Shown: one piece after another, positions 50,856 to 61,980 of the stretch
Numbering within the stretch: position 1 is the first letter of the stretch
Layout: each line of letters starts with the position of its first letter
NCBI GenBank assembly: GCA_002633005.1
Contig: NMRA01000783.1
Coordinates: 84,004-148,003 of the forward strand
Reading direction: 5' to 3'
Length of the DNA stretch: 64,000 nt
Source: Phoronis australis
Taxonomy: Eukaryota; Animalia; Phoronida
Made by a program: the position numbers and the translations under genes
The notes under the pieces: model-generated
What the model was told of the DNA's origin: nothing
The model's database searches: none
Seen by the model: the letters and a program-made list of their open reading frames with translations, nothing else

Positions 50856-51624
50856 TAAGTGGACCTCCGGCATACCACGGACAGAGGAACAACTGTCCCA
50901 CTTGCCAGAGTGTCCCGCGACACACTCCCACTGGATGGTGACCTGAGCACCCAAACTGCTTACATCGTGTCGTGTGACTCCCTCGCCACACACCTGGCAC
51001 CTTCTAAATAGACAAGTCCACAATAAACTTATCAAAGTTTGGCTCACCGATCTGTTCACTGGACGACAAACTGTCCTCTTCACTGGGTGTCGAACTGGGC
51101 CTGTAATCACTCACACTACTCAATATCCCTACAGAGCTGCTTAGAGGCTCTGGGCTGGAGAAAACAACACAGGGCGAATCACTACTGGTTCCAGGAATGG
51201 CACGCTCTGGGTACGTTCGGAGGCACGGGTGACAGTGGATGAAGTGCCTCCACTGGCTCCAGTCATTGTACTGGCCACAGCTCGCGAGGCTTCTCTCTTC
51301 AAAAACGCATTTCTCGGGGGTGGCGACGGGGCACTGTCGGGAATCAACACAGACGGAATGGCGTCCTTCTTCAGGCGTTGTTTCGCAGGGACCTTCATCA
51401 GTTCAGCGTACAAATCCCTTTCGTAATCGGACGACAGAAAGTGCTTGCCACACACACACGGAAATTCTCGACTGCTTTGTACGTTGCGTAGACGGGTAAC
51501 GCTGCGTTCTTCACACGAACGAGCCAAGTACGGCGAAGTGTGTCATCCATCGGAAAGCGATGCTAAGGTACTCCCAAAGCGCGTGTGAGACGATACATCC
51601 CGGTACGCAGTAACAGTGTGGCAT
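50856..51624 (-). pseudogene. Kolobok transposase N-terminal remnant (THAP plus Zn-finger-like motif), frameshifted, no DDE domain
   Basis: Read across frames: MPHCYCVPGC...HRFPMDDTLRRTWL...RVC/GKHF...LKKDAIPSV (THAP), then LFRRCQVCG...QWECVAGHSGKWDS...RGMP. Confidence 0.85.
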
Positions 51625-52619
51625 GTTGACTGAAAGCAAACGACGATGTAACTTAACACAACCGAGGTAGAACAATGACTGACTTGGCAGCTCTCACAGT
51701 CAGACTGTATGAAAAGAAATTGGCGCGAAATGCTTGCCTCCTAAAACGTCACTTCCGGAGTAGCGGACGAGTAATTAACAAAATTACGAAAAGCTGTAAT
51801 TAAGTGGAAAATATATCTAAGATAACCAACCAACCTTATTTTAGCTAAAAATGACATGAAAAAAGGTTGGGTTCGCCTTTAATTTGATGAGACGCTGGCT
51901 GGGTGGCCGCAGCGTCTTTGACTTGATAAACGTAGTTTGAATTACGCGAGTAAGGCTTGATGGCAGCAGTGTTTATGCTTGTCCTAGGTTTCCTCACTAA
52001 TGAGCAACCACCCAGTCAAATGAAATAACAATGACACTTTCTGCCAAGAGGTTCCTTCATAAAAAGGGACCGTAGAATATTCATCCTTTGTCCCCCTTTA
52101 TGGGGACCCATCGGCGAGAAAAGTAATATTCTGAGATCAGCCTCAGCGCGGAATCGGACCTGCAATCTCCGCTACAGCTGCCAAACGCTCCCATTGGCAG
52201 GAAGCGGAACCCCAGTTAATAAATGACACAGTGTTTTAAGCAAATTAAGGTGGTACTTTCACTGGCCTTGATTTCAGCAACTATCGGGCAGACAACGGAG
52301 ATATTAGGCTATTTGTAATGAAGTCACAAAAACACGGTGTATTTTGCTGTTTAGCTCTAGTCAAAGTTAAATACTTCAAGAAGTCTACTCCATCCAAAAA
52401 TTATCCCAAAATGCCAAAAACGACAATGTCCCGTTAATTCAAGACGTGATAATGTGATACGTGATAATTTGATACGAACCATTTAGATTATACATTGGGA
52501 ACAACAATAAGACAATAATTGATGAACTAGCTAAAAAGGACAAATTCAGTGCTCCATGAGGGTAACCGGCATCGATATATGTGTTCAGCAAATTAGCTTT
52601 TTTGAATAAATGTGTCGCT

Positions 52620-53032
52620 TATCGTTGGCCAAATAAGTGAACGTAACGTGCGTAAATTAATTCTTGGTAGTGGTGTAAATTAATTATTTGTGACGTAAAT
52701 TAACTTTTGGATGCGTAAACTAAATACTTGCTGCGTAAATTAACACTTAACGGCGTAAACTAATTATTTGGGCTTTAATTAACTTTCAACGGCCCAAAGT
52801 AACTATTTGCGGCCTACAGAAACTTTCAACGACGTAAAGAATTTATCTACTTGCGTAATTTACTTAATTATTTACGTGCGAGAATTACGCAGGTAAATTA
52901 ACTTTAATTTACGCCGCATATTATTAGTCACGGACATTAACCCTAATTTACGCCACAAATAATAAGTTTACGCCGTTGATAATTAATTTACGCACGTAAT
53001 TTACGTAACGTTCCCACATTTGGCCAATGATA
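52620..53032. mobile_element. Non-autonomous TIR element, IS3EU-like termini, 413 bp
   Basis: TATC(G/A)TTGGCCAAAT TIRs, 6-bp direct repeat GTCGCT (52614-19, 53033-38), and internal arrays of CGTAAATTAA in opposite orientations. Confidence 0.75.
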
Positions 53033-55181
53033 GTCGCTCACCAGTCGATGGATTTGCAAAGAGAGTCCTCCAGGTGCAATATTTTACCTGTACTGAGTAT
53101 CTGAATGTTATCCAAAAGACACGTTATTCAAAGAGACGTTCCGCGTTTCAAATATTTGCAGGGGAACACTGAATCTCATACCGTAACCGGGACCAATGAG
53201 CTGCCGGGAACAATCTCAATGACGGGGAGCATATTTTACTACCAAAGAAACTTCACCAAGGTAAAGCGATCAATACTGAACTCGTTACTTGTCGGTGAGC
53301 TATACTCAGCGACTTCATGGTAGTGAGTATGATGGTTAAAAAACTTCTACGATTGAATTTAGCGCAACGTAAATTAGCCAAAACGTATTCATGAACAGTG
53401 TTACTTTAAAATGATCGCGTTCTTCAAAGCAAAAAATAAAGGGTGACCGTTGTATAAGTTTTAGTTTCAGGTAGCCGGTGCAACAACAAAATAGCTGTCA
53501 AACACTCAGATATGGTCGCGACTTCCGGTGAGTGTTAGAACTGGCCTGTGTTTAAATTGTTTAATGACAATTAACTTCACTGTCTTGAACTTTTAGATGA
53601 AAGTGCAAATTCACATGTGGCTAAAATACTCAGAATTTAATGACGTATTTATGTTGATGAGGCCTGATACTGTATTTAATCTTCTTAATTCGCAAAGTAA
53701 AGCAGGTGACTTTAAGAATAATTAAACCGCTGAAAAGTCAACAGATACAAACCAAAATCGGCAAACCGTACAGTTCAGCCACCTCCATCGGTCACCATGT
53801 CGCAGTAAACCTTTATCTTACCAAAGCCATCTTTCGGGTAAATGGTGTAAACGGTGTAAACATCATACTTGTACAGATCTGCACAGTCTTTACTTCCTGA
53901 AGTTAGAGAATAGTAGAAAATTGACGACGGATTTTGCTTCACTTTCTATCTAATCTGCTATTGTGTACATGTACATGCAGTGGCGAATCTAAGATATCAC
54001 AAGGGGGGGGGGCGGGCCCCCCGCCCNCCCCCCCCTAAATCCACCTATGACATGTAGTTAGTCGTTTCCGTAGAAGATAAGCGCTTCCTCACAGTTTCAA
54101 AAGAAAGTTATGCAATCTCTCCCAAACGTACTGCCATATACGGACATTCAAAGACTTAGTCACGTTAGATGCGAGAAATTTATAAATGTGTTACAAAGTT
54201 TCAAAATTTGTCAACGGGGAAATATTTAGTCTCCAAGATTTACGTGATGCAGTCGCCTGTTCCTAAATTAATATCTGGGAGTATCATTTTTACGAAATAA
54301 TAGAAAAGAAAACATGATGAAATGATAGATTACAAGACATGATTAAGCCACCTCTGCCAGTGAGTCATCATCGCTTTACTACATGTTTAACCGTCTCATT
54401 AATATCATCTTTTTCGCTAGACAGTGTAAAAGCCATGTTTGTATAAACTCGACACATTTCCAAAAATGGGGAGTCAAATGCCTAAAATTTATATGGTATC
54501 TGAAAAGAACTTAGTAGGCACTGCAGCTCAGCTCACAGTTTTGCGTATGTAAAAAAAAATAGACTTGGCTACGTTCACGTTAACTTGTATCTTAAAATGT
54601 CCATGGTTTAATTATGTCATTTCTACATTTCTTTTCTTCAATCCGAGGTACATATAGGCATTTTGCTGGTTATGTGTTATAAGACCCGGTATGTAAAACT
54701 GATTTTGTTTGTCATCAATTCTGTTCAGCTTAAACAAACGTAATAAATACATTAAATTACCTTTTGTTCCATTAGCCATTCGTTTCTATGGAGCACTGTC
54801 TAGCGTGTTTCCCATTAAATTCACCGACAGAGGTTTAACAAAACAATGGACCACTAAAAAGGCTCGCTCTGAGTGTTATTATATATGAGTTGGTTAACAT
54901 TTTTCTATATACTATATTGAAACTAAGCCTTCTCTGCGAGACTGAATATTCACCTAGTTCATGTACATTCCTTATACCTCGGGGACTTTTCGTCTCAGGT
55001 CTTCTGATGGTTGACACGTATGGAACGAGAGTATACATGTAGACTACATCACAAGACGTTCCCGCCTCTAGGATTTTAGATCATCCCATCGAAGAAGACG
55101 AGAAGTCTCCGAGGTACTACAAACAGGTAAATATTCAGTTCTGCATACAACTGGTCTCATTCTCTCAATAAAGTATGAAAT

Positions 55182-56476
55182 GGGGCTATTCGGAGAATTC
55201 TCGGTGTCGCTGCTGTACTAGTGGTGATTAAATTGCGCATGCGTGGCTGTCTGCTTGTAAACAACTGGTAAAAGATAGAATTTTTATCAAAATACGTTGT
55301 CGCGCTAAGCCTTATTACTGCTAATTTCCCTGGTGCAAGTCTTCGACAGGTGACCAGAAATTCCCAAAAGATCTAAGGTTACTATATTCGTGGACAATTA
55401 CGGTCAACAGGGTCAACTAACTGACAAAAAGTGTGTGGATGCTGAAGCCCCGTGTGTGCTCTATGTCTATGACTATGCAGTTCCATTCGGAGACTACACA
55501 ACATTACTTGGTAAGTTTTTAGCAATCAGTTTCTATCAATATCGTTCGGTGATGTTATCCCCACCAGTTACCCCACTGAATAACAGNNNNNNNNNNNNNN
55601 NNNNNNNNNNNNNNNNNNNNNNNNNNNNNNNNNNNNNNNNNNNNNNNNNNNNNNNNNNNNNNNNNNNNNNNNNNNNNNNNNNNNNNNNNNNNNNNNNNNN
55701 NNNNNNNNNNNNNNNNNNNNNNNNNNNNNNNNNNNNNNNNNNNNNNNNNNNNNNNNNNNNNNNNNNNNNNNNNNNNNNNNNNNNNNNNNNNNNNNNNNNN
55801 NNNNNNNNNNNNNNNNNNNNNNNNNNNNNNNNNNNNNNNNNNNNNNNNNNNNNNNNNNNNNNNNNNNNNNNNNNNNNNNNNNNNNNNNNNNNNNNNNNNN
55901 NNNNNNNNNNNNNNNNNNNNNNNNNNNNNNNNNNNNNNNNNNNNNNNNNNNNNNNNNNNNNNNNNNNNNNNNNNNNNNNNNNNNNNNNNNNNNNNNNNNN
56001 NNNNNNNNNNNNNNNNNNNNNNNNNNNNNNNNNNNNNNNNNNNNNNNNNNNNNNNNNNNNNNNNNNNNNNNNNNNNNNNNNNNNNNNNNNNNNNNNNNNN
56101 NNNNNNNNNNNNNNNNNNNNNNNNNNNNNNNNNNNNNNNNNNNNNNNNNNNNNNNNNNNNNNNNNNNNNNNNNNNNNNNNNNNNNNNNNNNNNNNNNNNN
56201 NNNNNNNNNNNNNNNNNNNNNNNNNNNNNNNNNNNNNNNNNNNNNNNNNNNNNNNNNNNNNNNNNNNNNNNNAAATAATCACAAACCTTACCTTTGTATG
56301 AGGTCGTGCTTACTTCCTCTCATAGAAGCACCCTTTTTACGCAATCTCAGATTTAGTTGGCACGGCTGCAAGCCATTTCACCATGTATTTAAAGGGCTCG
56401 CGAAATCGAGGCTGTTAATCTATCACCACTAGTACACGCACGCCCTCTAGTTATTGTAGATTTTCCGAATAGCCCC
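55182..56476. mobile_element. TIR element with ISL2EU-like ends spanning an assembly gap
   Basis: GGGGCTATTCGGA...TCCGAATAGCCCC TIRs flanked by AT, plus subterminal inverted repeat TGTACTAGTGGTGAT/ATCACCACTAGTACA. Confidence 0.7.
55587..56272. other. Assembly gap (N run)
   Basis: 686 Ns. Confidence 1.
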
Positions 56477-59400
56477 ATTCCTGGATGGCTCAAAACCTAC
56501 ATTTGCTTATGTTTCTACATAGCTAATCTAGTCGTTTTATACATCGATTATTTTTGTGTAATATATACTGGTATAGTGGACGTAGTCATTCTTACAATAT
56601 AGATTTCAATTGAAAAAAATACAACTTACAAATGTAGTACCTGAGCTCTTACCGCCGGCACCAACTTTTATCTTAATACTCTTAGTCGTCTTCTATGGTG
56701 TCCAGTCGGTCTTGAAGTTCACCAAATAGCGCACTTCCCAATTTCCGATGCGTCTGAAACAAGACGATTTGACTTGTGTGGCGCGTAACATGAAAAGTGA
56801 CATGAGAAATGTACTCTTACTTCCTCACATCGCTGTTGAATGCCCTCACATTTTGTATGTGTAAATTTGGTCTCTAGTCCCGTTCGGCGGTAGAAATCTT
56901 TTGGCACTTGGTGTGGTCAATAGGTGGCGTGCAGACCAGACTTAAACATGTTTGTGGCCCTCACAGTTTAATAAAAAACAAAATATTCGATTGTTAACAA
57001 TAGGGGATTATTTGACGAATTAACGATTTGGGATATATTCTCAAAGTCCTTTTATTTTTCTCCATTCACAATATATTATTTCAGGATATAGTCGGGTGGA
57101 ACGTTGGTAAGACGAAATTTTTTACTAAACTAGTTTTTTAGGAAACACTGTTACAGAGACCTGTGGCCGGTTGCATGAAGCAGTTCCAGACAGGGATTGC
57201 TTAACGTTACCTAAAATTTATGCACGTATGTGGACTATTTATTCACCTATTTTATTTTCTAGCACCCAATTTAGCTGGTTTGTGATGAGCTCCCCTTTTA
57301 TTCACAATATTTCGCAATAATACACTTGATACTTATCTCTTATTCTATTAGAAATAAACAGATTATCTTGAAAGAGGTTATGTTGATTTTCATTGCCTTT
57401 AAGTAGAATATATTCTCGTGATGCATCAAAGCTAAAAATATGGACATAGGAATGAAGATAAAATAGCGGAAGAAACGGCAATCCAGGTGTTTGCACGAAG
57501 TCCAAAGATGCGCTGAAAAGTTGGACAACAAAGTTCTTATCTGAGACTGATCCATGCTACCGGCTGCTGTTCTATTTGATTTCTTAGTTTGGGAAACTTA
57601 CACTAATGGAAATAACGCATGCATAAATATTGAAAATATTTCTATTTATCTAGCCGCGGCAAATTGAATGTCTACTTCATCACTTATTTTGCAAGAAGAT
57701 TAAGCTAACTGACGCCTATCTTTTATAATGCAAGTTATAACGAGAAATGTTCCGTTCAGTGTTCGGATTGGTTCGCCTAATCCCATACTTGTACCAATAC
57801 CGTAACGAAAAGGTAAAGTGGAAGTCCCGTGCAACTGCGATAATTTTTTCAAGCCGAAGTCGTAAACTTCAAACTCAAATGAATAATTACTGTAGGGTAG
57901 CGTCGGTAATTTTCCCATTGAGCCATTCGGTCGACGTCGGGTAGCATCGTGTCTCATTAGAAAAGCTAAAACTCGCTGTATTGAGAAAAAATCTACCACC
58001 AAAGTATCAACCAAGGTAATGGCCTTTACAGATGGCGCTGCTTGTTGAGTTGAAACTCATTGCAGACGATAACAATCAGATTTTTTGTCCGAGAAATGTT
58101 GATTTACGCACGAGACACACTAATTCCAAAACACTCGGCTTTCAGGACCTGCAAATTTCTGCAGAGTTGTACTACCCAGTAAGTGGACCAGTGTTTCCTT
58201 ATTTTACTTACCCTCCAACGCTGGACAGTAACAACAACACAGACAGGATCAACAGGGAAGTTTGCAACTCCATCATTATTGATCAGCAATTGATGAAATT
58301 AAAAGTAAGTATCCAGCCACCGGGCTGCACCCGTTGGTTTTATACGGTTTGATTACCATCGGAAGATCTTGTGATGGCGTTTGATCCTTATACATATATT
58401 TTGACAGGTGTTTGTTTACACCCAAAAATCATGTTCGAGTCAGCTGGAAATTGGGCTTACGGCCACAATATGAAGAGACTCCAAATTGAGTTTAATTGTT
58501 TGTTCGTTTTCGACTAAGTCACGACATCTAAGAAACTTAATCAGCAATCACTTCCTTGTGTTCAATTGAACTCCAGATCATGCATAAAATGGTAATACGT
58601 GTAAGTCATAATGCTGAAACACGTCTCGGCGTGAATCCATAGGGAGGCACAAGAGGTTCGGACTCCTGGTTCATTCACATTTTGTATTGATGGTACAAGG
58701 AACAGGTCTCCTATTTCTATCCAAATCAGCCTGGTCATATGATCACGTGCCAGTGTCACTATCTGCCTTGAAATTGATGAGATGTACGTTAGTTACGAGC
58801 TCATTGAGCTTGGTGTCCCGAAGACAAACATAAAAGAATGAGAGAAAGTTCATCTTTGCTGGGACCCAGACATACCGATGTGGTCCTCAATGGGATCTTG
58901 AAAACTGTAAGAACGTGTGAAAACCGATTTAGCCAGAGTTGCCGGTTGTCCTGAGAACGAGCTTGATTTGGCTGAAGCATAAGCTAATTAGATTGTTGGA
59001 CGGCTTTTTTGTTTCATCCTACCTCACCTTATTAGAGACAACTGCACATAGTTCTATTATACAGGTCACAGGTCTCAAGTAATGTTTATGATGATTGCAG
59101 ACTTTTATGTTTCCATAATCTTAGATCGCTCTCCCACAAAACTCGACTACTTGATTCTGCATGGAATTTTTTAATAACTTATTACAGGTTATGTAGGATC
59201 CCTATTGTAAAGGTTAGGTGTTTAGCAAAATATCTACGAAATACTATTTTAATTCAGTAAAAACGTTTATTTTAGGAAAGCAGGGAACATGTAGAATTTG
59301 ATTTTTTCTAATTAAGTCACGTGACCATGTCTTTTTATCAAAACTTAGTACAAAGAAACGTACACTGGTAGCGGTGCAAGATGATGACCACATTTCATTT

Positions 59401-61699
59401 GATATAAATGTCCAAGATGAAATGTCAAAAACACCGTTACAAGCTTATAAAATATCATTTCATTTTCGTTTTATACAACAGTTTTTTCATGACACGGTCC
59501 CACTTTTGATAGCCACTCATGCAGAAATGGAACATTTCAAAAACAAGTCTTGCATCGTTTTGGACTACAGCGCATAATGCGTATAGTATCTTAAAATTTC
59601 GTTTGAATTCGTTACGCAATTTCTGAGATACGATGTTCCGGATTTAGCAAAATTAGAACATGTTCAACGGTCCTATGTAACTGTGACGGTGCTACGAACC
59701 GGTTTTTTGTCAATAAATTAAATTTTTACTTCTCTCATTAAACTTTTCAGAATTGTTCCTAAATCACATTAGAAGGATGTACACTGTACATGTATGTTTT
59801 TGAGAAGAACCGACAACTAGATTTCATGATAAGCGCATAAATTGACTAGTCTGACACTTCCAACTCAGTGCTTCAAGATGTTTATTACACCTTTAAAAAT
59901 TGAGACCATTTAATAAATGTTCACAGTTGTCATAGACTTAATGGTTTTGTACCATCATATCTTGAACTAATTTTAGCTGATTGTAAACAGTTTTAATGAT
60001 TATTGCTCAAGGAAATGAATTTTAAATTGCGAAGTAACGCTCGCCTGATTACGCTGACGGAAATTTCTCGAAGAAAACGCTGTTTGTGAGTCTGACTTTA
60101 CATTCGTAAATTTTAAAGAGGAACATTGGCGATCCAGAAACCAATGGTAACATAACATCGACAACAGTATACATTAAGGCGTTTTCACGGGTCATTTGTG
60201 AACGAGGTATAGGTCAGGTTGTAATTATTGATATTATATCACTTTGAAATCTTGTCATTATAACTTTGACATGTTAACAAATGTATTCATCTAAGTTGGC
60301 AACAACCCTTCTTTCCCAATAGGCTCATTGAACACACGGGATGACTTTCAGGATTTCTCAAGTTTAATCGCCAGTTTCTCATACATTTATTGTCGCATTA
60401 TTTGTCTATCGTTTGGGGTCAGATGCCGCAACAGTAGCCCAAAAGGTTTGACAACGAAATGAACGATCATCATAATAATACGAGGGTTTCTTCTTCTGGA
60501 ATATACATGTACATGTAGGTGTGAATAAAATTCATGCCTTATTTCATTGATATCAAGAAATGACAACGTGCACGTAGAAGTCAGCGGTTTATATGTATTT
60601 AACTAATTATATATATTGTAGGTTTTCCAATTTTTTCGTCACTACCAAACTAGTATAATGGTAGCCCCGATATTATGTAACGAAATAATTGAAGTTTATT
60701 GCTTAAAAACAAACAGAGGTAGGATTAGAGAGGTTTTGGGGAACTCCATTCAATCAAATATTGTGTAAAGTATGTAACGAAATGTACTTTATTTTCGTTT
60801 GCACTAGATACAACAGTTTAAGAACGGAGTTTCCAAGTGAATTGTCCCTTCTGAATTTGTTCTTAAATTATCCAGAATTACTCTTGCGAGGTTTATGCGT
60901 AGGGCAGGGTCGGAGAGCAAGAGTCAAATGATACTGAGCGTTTGATGTGTGATAACGTCTGCTGAGGATGCTATCCACATGCAATATCAGTTTTGTCAGC
61001 TCCATTGTTAACATTAAGAATTTCTGGGCGAACATTTTGCTGAAATCTAATTACAATGTATTTGCATCCCAACTATTGATAGTTCGGTACAGTGTGCCAT
61101 CTATGACGAATAATTCACTCATTAATCGTATCTGCTGGAGTAGACCTTTTTAAAAGGCCGCCCAAAAATGCGCAAGCGTTTATTTTTAAGTTGAAACTCC
61201 TAATTAACTTCACAGCGAACACAGGATGAAACCTATGTGTTCCACCTATTGGTAATATCTGGGAGGAGGATGTTTTCCACTCCAGCCCCTGCCACTTTCC
61301 ACGTCAACATAAGGCCCTGATATGCTGAAAGTAATCTCTCGTAAACAAAATCGTGACTGACTTCTATTCGAAGCATAATTGCGTTACGTATAGTGACAAA
61401 ATATCACGTTTTCTGGCATGCTTACTAGATTCAAGTGACTAAAGGGATTTGTCTTTGTTGTGTACAAGAAAAAGAGTTAGCTTAAGGCAACATATAATTT
61501 ATTTTCACCAACTTTTATGTACCGCAAAATATATGCTCACGTCACGAACAGGTGTGCTCTCTTTTTGAAGCGCAATAGATTTTTTGTCGGTAATTGTCTT
61601 TACCTTGCGGCGTTGTAATATACTGAGAAAGCGGTGTCTGAGCGACATCTCCGGTGAATGTTAGTACAATGCACGTAATGAATGCGTTCCTAAACTTAA

Positions 61700-61980
61700 A
61701 GGCAAAGGCTACCTTTCTCATGTCATTTTTAGCAAAAATAAGGTTCTATGATTATCTCAGTTAATTACAGCTTTCGTAATTTTATTAATTATTCGTTCTC
61801 TACTCCGGAAGTGACGTTTTGGGAGGCAAGTATTTCCCGCCAAATTCTTTTCATATAGTTTGACTGTGAGAGGTGCTGAGTCAGTCATTGTTCTCTCTCG
61901 GGTGTGATAAGTTCGATCGTCGTTTGCTTTTGTTTACGAGTTAGTCAACATGCCACACTGTTGCTGCGTACCGAGATGTG
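61700..61980 (+). mobile_element. Truncated Kolobok end (TIR plus start of THAP ORF, MPHCCCVPRC)
   Basis: TTAA|AGGCAAAGGC... is homologous to the reverse complement of 51595-51878; ATG at 61950; no partner TIR seen. Confidence 0.85.

Larger units (their letters stand above)
50217..51878. mobile_element. Kolobok DNA transposon, internally deleted (1662 bp)
   Basis: TTAA on both sides (50213-16, 51879-82), AG...CT termini, ~158-bp imperfect TIRs (50217-50374 and 51721-51878), convergent THAP-transposase and KolX remnants. Confidence 0.9.
48244..53896 (-). pseudogene. FReD paralog B pseudogene (exons 53896-53772, 49669-49505, 48509-48244)
   Basis: Same exon phases as gene A. Lesions: GGGWT to GGG*T (TGA 53777-53775), in-frame TAA at 48423-48421, and NCA to NYA. 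The VFQRR exon was not found, and transposons are inserted in that interval. Confidence 0.9.

Noticed and set aside
53042-53320. Possible missing FReD-B exon or Ig-like exon (FREP-type architecture) next to a GTGAG donor
   Set aside because: No VFQRR/EFWLG motif, stops in all minus frames, and the Ig resemblance is too weak to support
53978-54049. Short CAGTGGCG(G/A)ATCT-type MITE, related to the sequence at ~44840
   Set aside because: Contains an N and no clear TSD or matched ends; probably a collapsed repeat fragment and cannot be classified
55390-56301. 303-aa and 248-aa ORFs
   Set aside because: Almost entirely Ns
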